Positions 60,517 to 64,000 of a DNA stretch of 64,000 nucleotides are shown here, piece after piece. Source of the stretch: Pseudomonadota bacterium (GTDB taxonomy: Bacteria; Bdellovibrionota_B; Oligoflexia; Silvanigrellales; Silvanigrellaceae); contig JBDLRP010000032.1 in NCBI GenBank assembly GCA_039799905.1, positions 32,001 through 96,000 of the forward strand, in the 5' to 3' direction. The position numbers were made by a program, and so were the translations under genes. How positions within the stretch are numbered: the first letter of the stretch is position 1; every line of letters begins with the position of its first letter. The notes beneath the pieces were generated by a model. The model saw only the letters and a list, made by a program, of their open reading frames with translations. It was not told the origin of the DNA and ran no database searches.

Positions 60517-61718
60517 AAGTCCGATTTATCGTCAGGTTCATCGCAGGGCCGTTGCACGACCGCACCTTTGAAATCGGTGACGGTGAGGCAAAGATGATCG
60601 GCAAAGGCGAAAGCTGCGATATCAAAATTGCCGATGATGTGATGGTCAGCCGCTCGCACTCACGTCTCAGTCTTGAACGCGGTCTTCTCTGGATAGAAGA
60701 CTTGGGGAGCCGCAACGGCACCTATATTAACAACAAGAAAATAGATAAAAAAACGCTGTTGCGCTCGGGCGACAAAGTGAACATAGGGCAGGTGAGCACA
60801 TTTCAGTGTTCACAGTGGAATGCGCTGGAGCCCTCGCGTTTTGCAAGTGCCGTCATGACGAGAGTGACGGATATGTCCAAATACATCCGTCGTCGCCCCA
60901 AACGTTCTTTGCTGCCGCAGTTTTTTTTGATGCAGCTGCTGGTTGCGGTAGTCATAGGCGGTGCATGGTTCGCAGGCAAGAGGTACAAACTTCGTGCATC
61001 AAAGCCTGCGCAGGAGTCGCGACCCGCTGAACAGACTCTCGCAGCCGTTCCCCAACCCGCTGCGGTGCAGACGCTGACTGCTCCTCCCGAGGTGGCAAGG
61101 AACTTCATATGGGATGAGATTGTCACTATCTCGCGTCGCTTCGGCGACACTCCGCCTTCTGCGCTGGACGCACAGTTTCAGAAAAAGGTTGAAGAATGGA
61201 TTGAGCGCTTCACCCGCCGTGACGCCCATAAGGCATTGTTCGAAAAGAAGAGAAAGTATTGGCCGGAAATAGAATCCGCTCTGCAGAAAGAAGGCCTTCC
61301 CGTTGAGCTCGGCTATCTGGTCTGGGTTGAATCCGAGTTCAACATCAATGCGCTCAGTCCGGTCGGAGCGCTCGGATTGTGGCAGTTCATGCCAGGAACT
61401 GCGCGCGACTTTGGACTCAGGGTTGATCCCGGTGCAAAAATTGATGAGCGATTGAACGTTGAGAAGAGCTCTAAGGCAGCGGCTGAATATCTTTCAATGC
61501 TGCTCAAACAATTTGGAACCGACCGTTACATGCTGGCCATCGCATCTTACAATGCGGGTCAGAACAAGGTGCAGCGCAAGACTCTCGCCGCTCGCATCAG
61601 GCGCGCGCCCAAGCCTGATTTTTGGGCCCTGCGCGATCAACTTCCGCAGGAGACGGTGGATTATGTGCCGAAAGTTCTCGCGGCCATCATCATCAACCGC
61701 AATCCGGATCGCTGGTGA
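60513..61718 (+). CDS. FHA domain + TM + MltD-type lytic transglycosylase
   Basis: VSRSH...DLGSRNGT; VESEF, GLWQFMPGTA, ASYNAG, ETVDYVPK; ATGA-coupled. Confidence 0.9.
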   Translation: MKVRFIVRFIAGPLHDRTFEIGDGEAKMIGKGESCDIKIADDVMVSRSHSRLSLERGLLWIEDLGSRNGTYINNKKIDKKTLLRSGDKVNIGQVSTFQCSQWNALEPSRFASAVMTRVTDMSKYIRRRPKRSLLPQFFLMQLLVAVVIGGAWFAGKRYKLRASKPAQESRPAEQTLAAVPQPAAVQTLTAPPEVARNFIWDEIVTISRRFGDTPPSALDAQFQKKVEEWIERFTRRDAHKALFEKKRKYWPEIESALQKEGLPVELGYLVWVESEFNINALSPVGALGLWQFMPGTARDFGLRVDPGAKIDERLNVEKSSKAAAEYLSMLLKQFGTDRYMLAIASYNAGQNKVQRKTLAARIRRAPKPDFWALRDQLPQETVDYVPKVLAAIIINRNPDRW

Positions 61719-62685
61719 TCTCAACAAAGAAACAATCCTTTTGCCAGTCCTTGAATTCCTGCTTGAAATTTCTCTGTTGCAATTGCTTTTCTGCGAGTTC
61801 GCCACTTGCTTCACAGAGCAGGATCTTAGCATGGCCCTTGTAGTATCTGGGGCGCGCCAGAAGTCGGCCTTTGCTGGACGTTTGCCCGCACGGCGTGTTC
61901 GACTGTTGCCGGCGTTGGAGAACTAAAAAGCTGACCGGCAGACTGCGCAAATCGATACCCAATTCCCTCGCAAGGTGTGTCCAATCCGCATCCTGAAACA
62001 GACCTGCCGGCGGTGGAGCGAAGAAGTGACACCAGTCGCGTTCTCTGCCTTCCAGAGGGCAAGTGCCGGAGTGAGGGCAGGGTGCGACAACCTCGAAGTC
62101 ATCGCTCAATTCCCTGCGCACCTGAATGAGCCGTTGCGAGCACAGGGGAATTCCCGGCTCAACCCAGATCAGTGCCGATGCCGAGCGGACGGAGTTGAGC
62201 AAATTTTGCAAGTCTGCGGGTGAGATCTCTGTCAGGATATGACTGATAAGCACAAGATCAGCAGAATCGATTTTGAGTTGATTTGGTGAATGGCCCGAGA
62301 CCCGAGCTGCCGGCGCATGGGAAGAGAGTTTGCGAGCAGCAAAAGCGCGCGCCCGTTCGGAGCGGTCGGAGCAGACGATTTCCTGAGGTGACCACTCCGG
62401 GCGCAGACTCAGCAGCGTTTCAGCGGCCACTCCGCTTCCACAGCCCCAGTCGGTCCATCGCTGGATCAGTGCAGGCGGCGACCACCCACGCTGGACCAGC
62501 TCCCCGATAACGGCCTGCCACTTCCAGCCGATTCGTCTTGCATAGGTGTTGTCATAGAGCTCCAACAGCGCATCATCTTGCCAGTAGTCGGCCAGCCCGC
62601 CACGGGTCGGGGCCTCAAGAAAAAGTTGCCTCAGTCGTTGAAGATCTTTGACTTCGGTGCGAGTTTTTGAAACACCCTGAGGCAT
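61693..62685 (-). CDS. Rsm22-family SAM-dependent methyltransferase
   Basis: DWGCGSG, VEPG, APCPHSGTCP, DWCHF. Confidence 0.82.
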   Translation of the reverse strand: MPQGVSKTRTEVKDLQRLRQLFLEAPTRGGLADYWQDDALLELYDNTYARRIGWKWQAVIGELVQRGWSPPALIQRWTDWGCGSGVAAETLLSLRPEWSPQEIVCSDRSERARAFAARKLSSHAPAARVSGHSPNQLKIDSADLVLISHILTEISPADLQNLLNSVRSASALIWVEPGIPLCSQRLIQVRRELSDDFEVVAPCPHSGTCPLEGRERDWCHFFAPPPAGLFQDADWTHLARELGIDLRSLPVSFLVLQRRQQSNTPCGQTSSKGRLLARPRYYKGHAKILLCEASGELAEKQLQQRNFKQEFKDWQKDCFFVEITSDPDCG

Positions 62686-62726
62686 AAAGGCTCCCTGCGC
62701 GTTGCCATGCTTGAGCGAGGATTCCG

Positions 62727-63689
62727 ATGACTGCGACACAACTCACTTTTGCTGAGAAAGCTGAACGGCACTGGACGCCGGAGCGCATCCGCAAAGTCAC
62801 GGCCGGTAAAAAATACATGGTTGATCCGCTGAAGGGAAGTGAGCTCTTGCGTGCCATAGGTCTTCTCAATGGCGATGCGAGCATGCCTGCCGATGCGGTT
62901 CGGAAATATGCACAAATCAATCACATGATTCAGCTGCTCGAGCCTATGATCGTCGATCTCGGCTCGCGCTTTGCCAGCGTGAAAATTCTTGATTGCGGTT
63001 GCGGGAACTCGTACCTGACAATTCTGCTGGCATGGTGCTTTCGCCATGTCTGGCAAAAGAAGGCGCAGATTATTGGAATAGACACGCGCGCGGATGTTAT
63101 CGCGAAATCGGCGCGGCGTGCTTCCGAGCTCGGTTTGGACGACCTGTTGCAGTTTGAAACCGTGAGTGTGCAGGATTATGCTGCCCGTCGTGCAAGCACT
63201 CAGTCGGCCGAAGAACGCAAGGCGTCGCGCCCGCATTTTGTTGTTGCATTGCATGCCTGCGACACCGCCACTGACGACGCTCTTGCACTGGCGTTTGCTG
63301 AGCGCTCCGATGCATTCGCCGTGGCACCCTGCTGTCAGGCGGAATTGGCCGGACACTGGCGCCAGAAGTCGGCCGAGAATTTTAAAAATGCATTTGCCGT
63401 GTTGATGAATTCGCCCGAGCTGCGCCGCGATTCCTGTAGTACATTTACAGACGCCATGAGAGTTTTGCTCGCGCGTGGAAGCGGATATGAAGTGACCACG
63501 ACTGAGTTTGTTCCGTCCGCCCACACGCCCAAAAATCGTCTGATTACCGGAACTCGCCGCGGTGCCTATATGGAATCTGCAATCAGTGAATACGTCCAGC
63601 TGACGCAAGCACTCGGAGCCGGTATCGCCCTGCAGAACAGGCTTCCCGCCGAAGCCGCGGAACTTTTGGCTCAAAAGATTTTACGATAA
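62727..63689 (+). CDS. SAM-dependent methyltransferase
   Basis: DCGCGNSYLT, ALHACDTATD, PCC, HTPKN. Confidence 0.88.
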   Translation: MTATQLTFAEKAERHWTPERIRKVTAGKKYMVDPLKGSELLRAIGLLNGDASMPADAVRKYAQINHMIQLLEPMIVDLGSRFASVKILDCGCGNSYLTILLAWCFRHVWQKKAQIIGIDTRADVIAKSARRASELGLDDLLQFETVSVQDYAARRASTQSAEERKASRPHFVVALHACDTATDDALALAFAERSDAFAVAPCCQAELAGHWRQKSAENFKNAFAVLMNSPELRRDSCSTFTDAMRVLLARGSGYEVTTTEFVPSAHTPKNRLITGTRRGAYMESAISEYVQLTQALGAGIALQNRLPAEAAELLAQKILR

Positions 63690-64000
63690 ATGTGGCAATA
63701 GGGCGTTTTGGCCTGATGGAAATAGTACTTTTGGTGTTCTGCTTCAGCCGGCCAAAAGCGGGCATTTTCGCGCAGCTGAGTTGCAACCGCGTATCCCTTG
63801 CTTTGCAGAAGTCCAAACAGCTTTTCTGCGACCGCATGATCTTCGGTGTGACGCAAAAACAGCGCTGAGAGATATTGCGGACCGATGTCCGGACCCTGTC
63901 CGTTGGTTTGCGTGAAGTCATGTGTTTCAAAGAAGAGTCTGCAAAGGTCTTCGTAGCTGACCAGTGTGGGATTGAACGTGACCTCGCAGCACTCGAGATG
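63671..64000 (-). CDS. msrA: Peptide-methionine (S)-S-oxide reductase MsrA, C-terminal part (5' truncated)
   Basis: HLE...FFETHDFTQTNGQGPDIGPQYLS...FWPAEAEHQKY, open to window end. Confidence 0.88.
   Translation of the reverse strand, partial: HLECCEVTFNPTLVSYEDLCRLFFETHDFTQTNGQGPDIGPQYLSALFLRHTEDHAVAEKLFGLLQSKGYAVATQLRENARFWPAEAEHQKYYFHQAKTPYCHIYRKIF

Noticed and set aside
62631..63674. Long antisense ORFs (also 10405-11175, 28224-29111, 31546-32511, 33899-34678)
   Set aside because: Shadows of better-supported genes on the opposite strand, with no motifs of their own.

Overview
A gene-dense chromosomal window with about 57 CDS and 3 tRNAs. The gene content (RomR-like polarity regulator, pilB-pilT-pilC, several secreted trypsin-like proteases, an RCC1-repeat protein, many lipoproteins) suggests Bdellovibrionota/Oligoflexia or a related delta-type lineage; this is inference only. 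Most genes are housekeeping (acs, pnp, def, hrpB, tatD, coaD, lipA, ubiX, pfk, rph, ilvE, msrA). The standout is an accessory block at about 44.5-48.7 kb between ubiX and a CBS-domain gene. It holds a minimal microcin C-type RiPP operon on the minus strand: a consensus sigma-54 promoter, an AGGAGG RBS, a 7-codon precursor ORF MDFIVRN that the ORF track misses, a terminator-like hairpin, an MccB-like adenylyltransferase and an MFS exporter. Beside it is a divergent pair of lipoproteins, one lysozyme-like and one whose sequence pattern resembles a bacterial gasdermin but carries a lipoprotein signal peptide. Also notable are a three-gene FHA/VWA/lytic-transglycosylase operon and several unusual fusions. 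All family calls come from motif recognition by eye; no searches were run.
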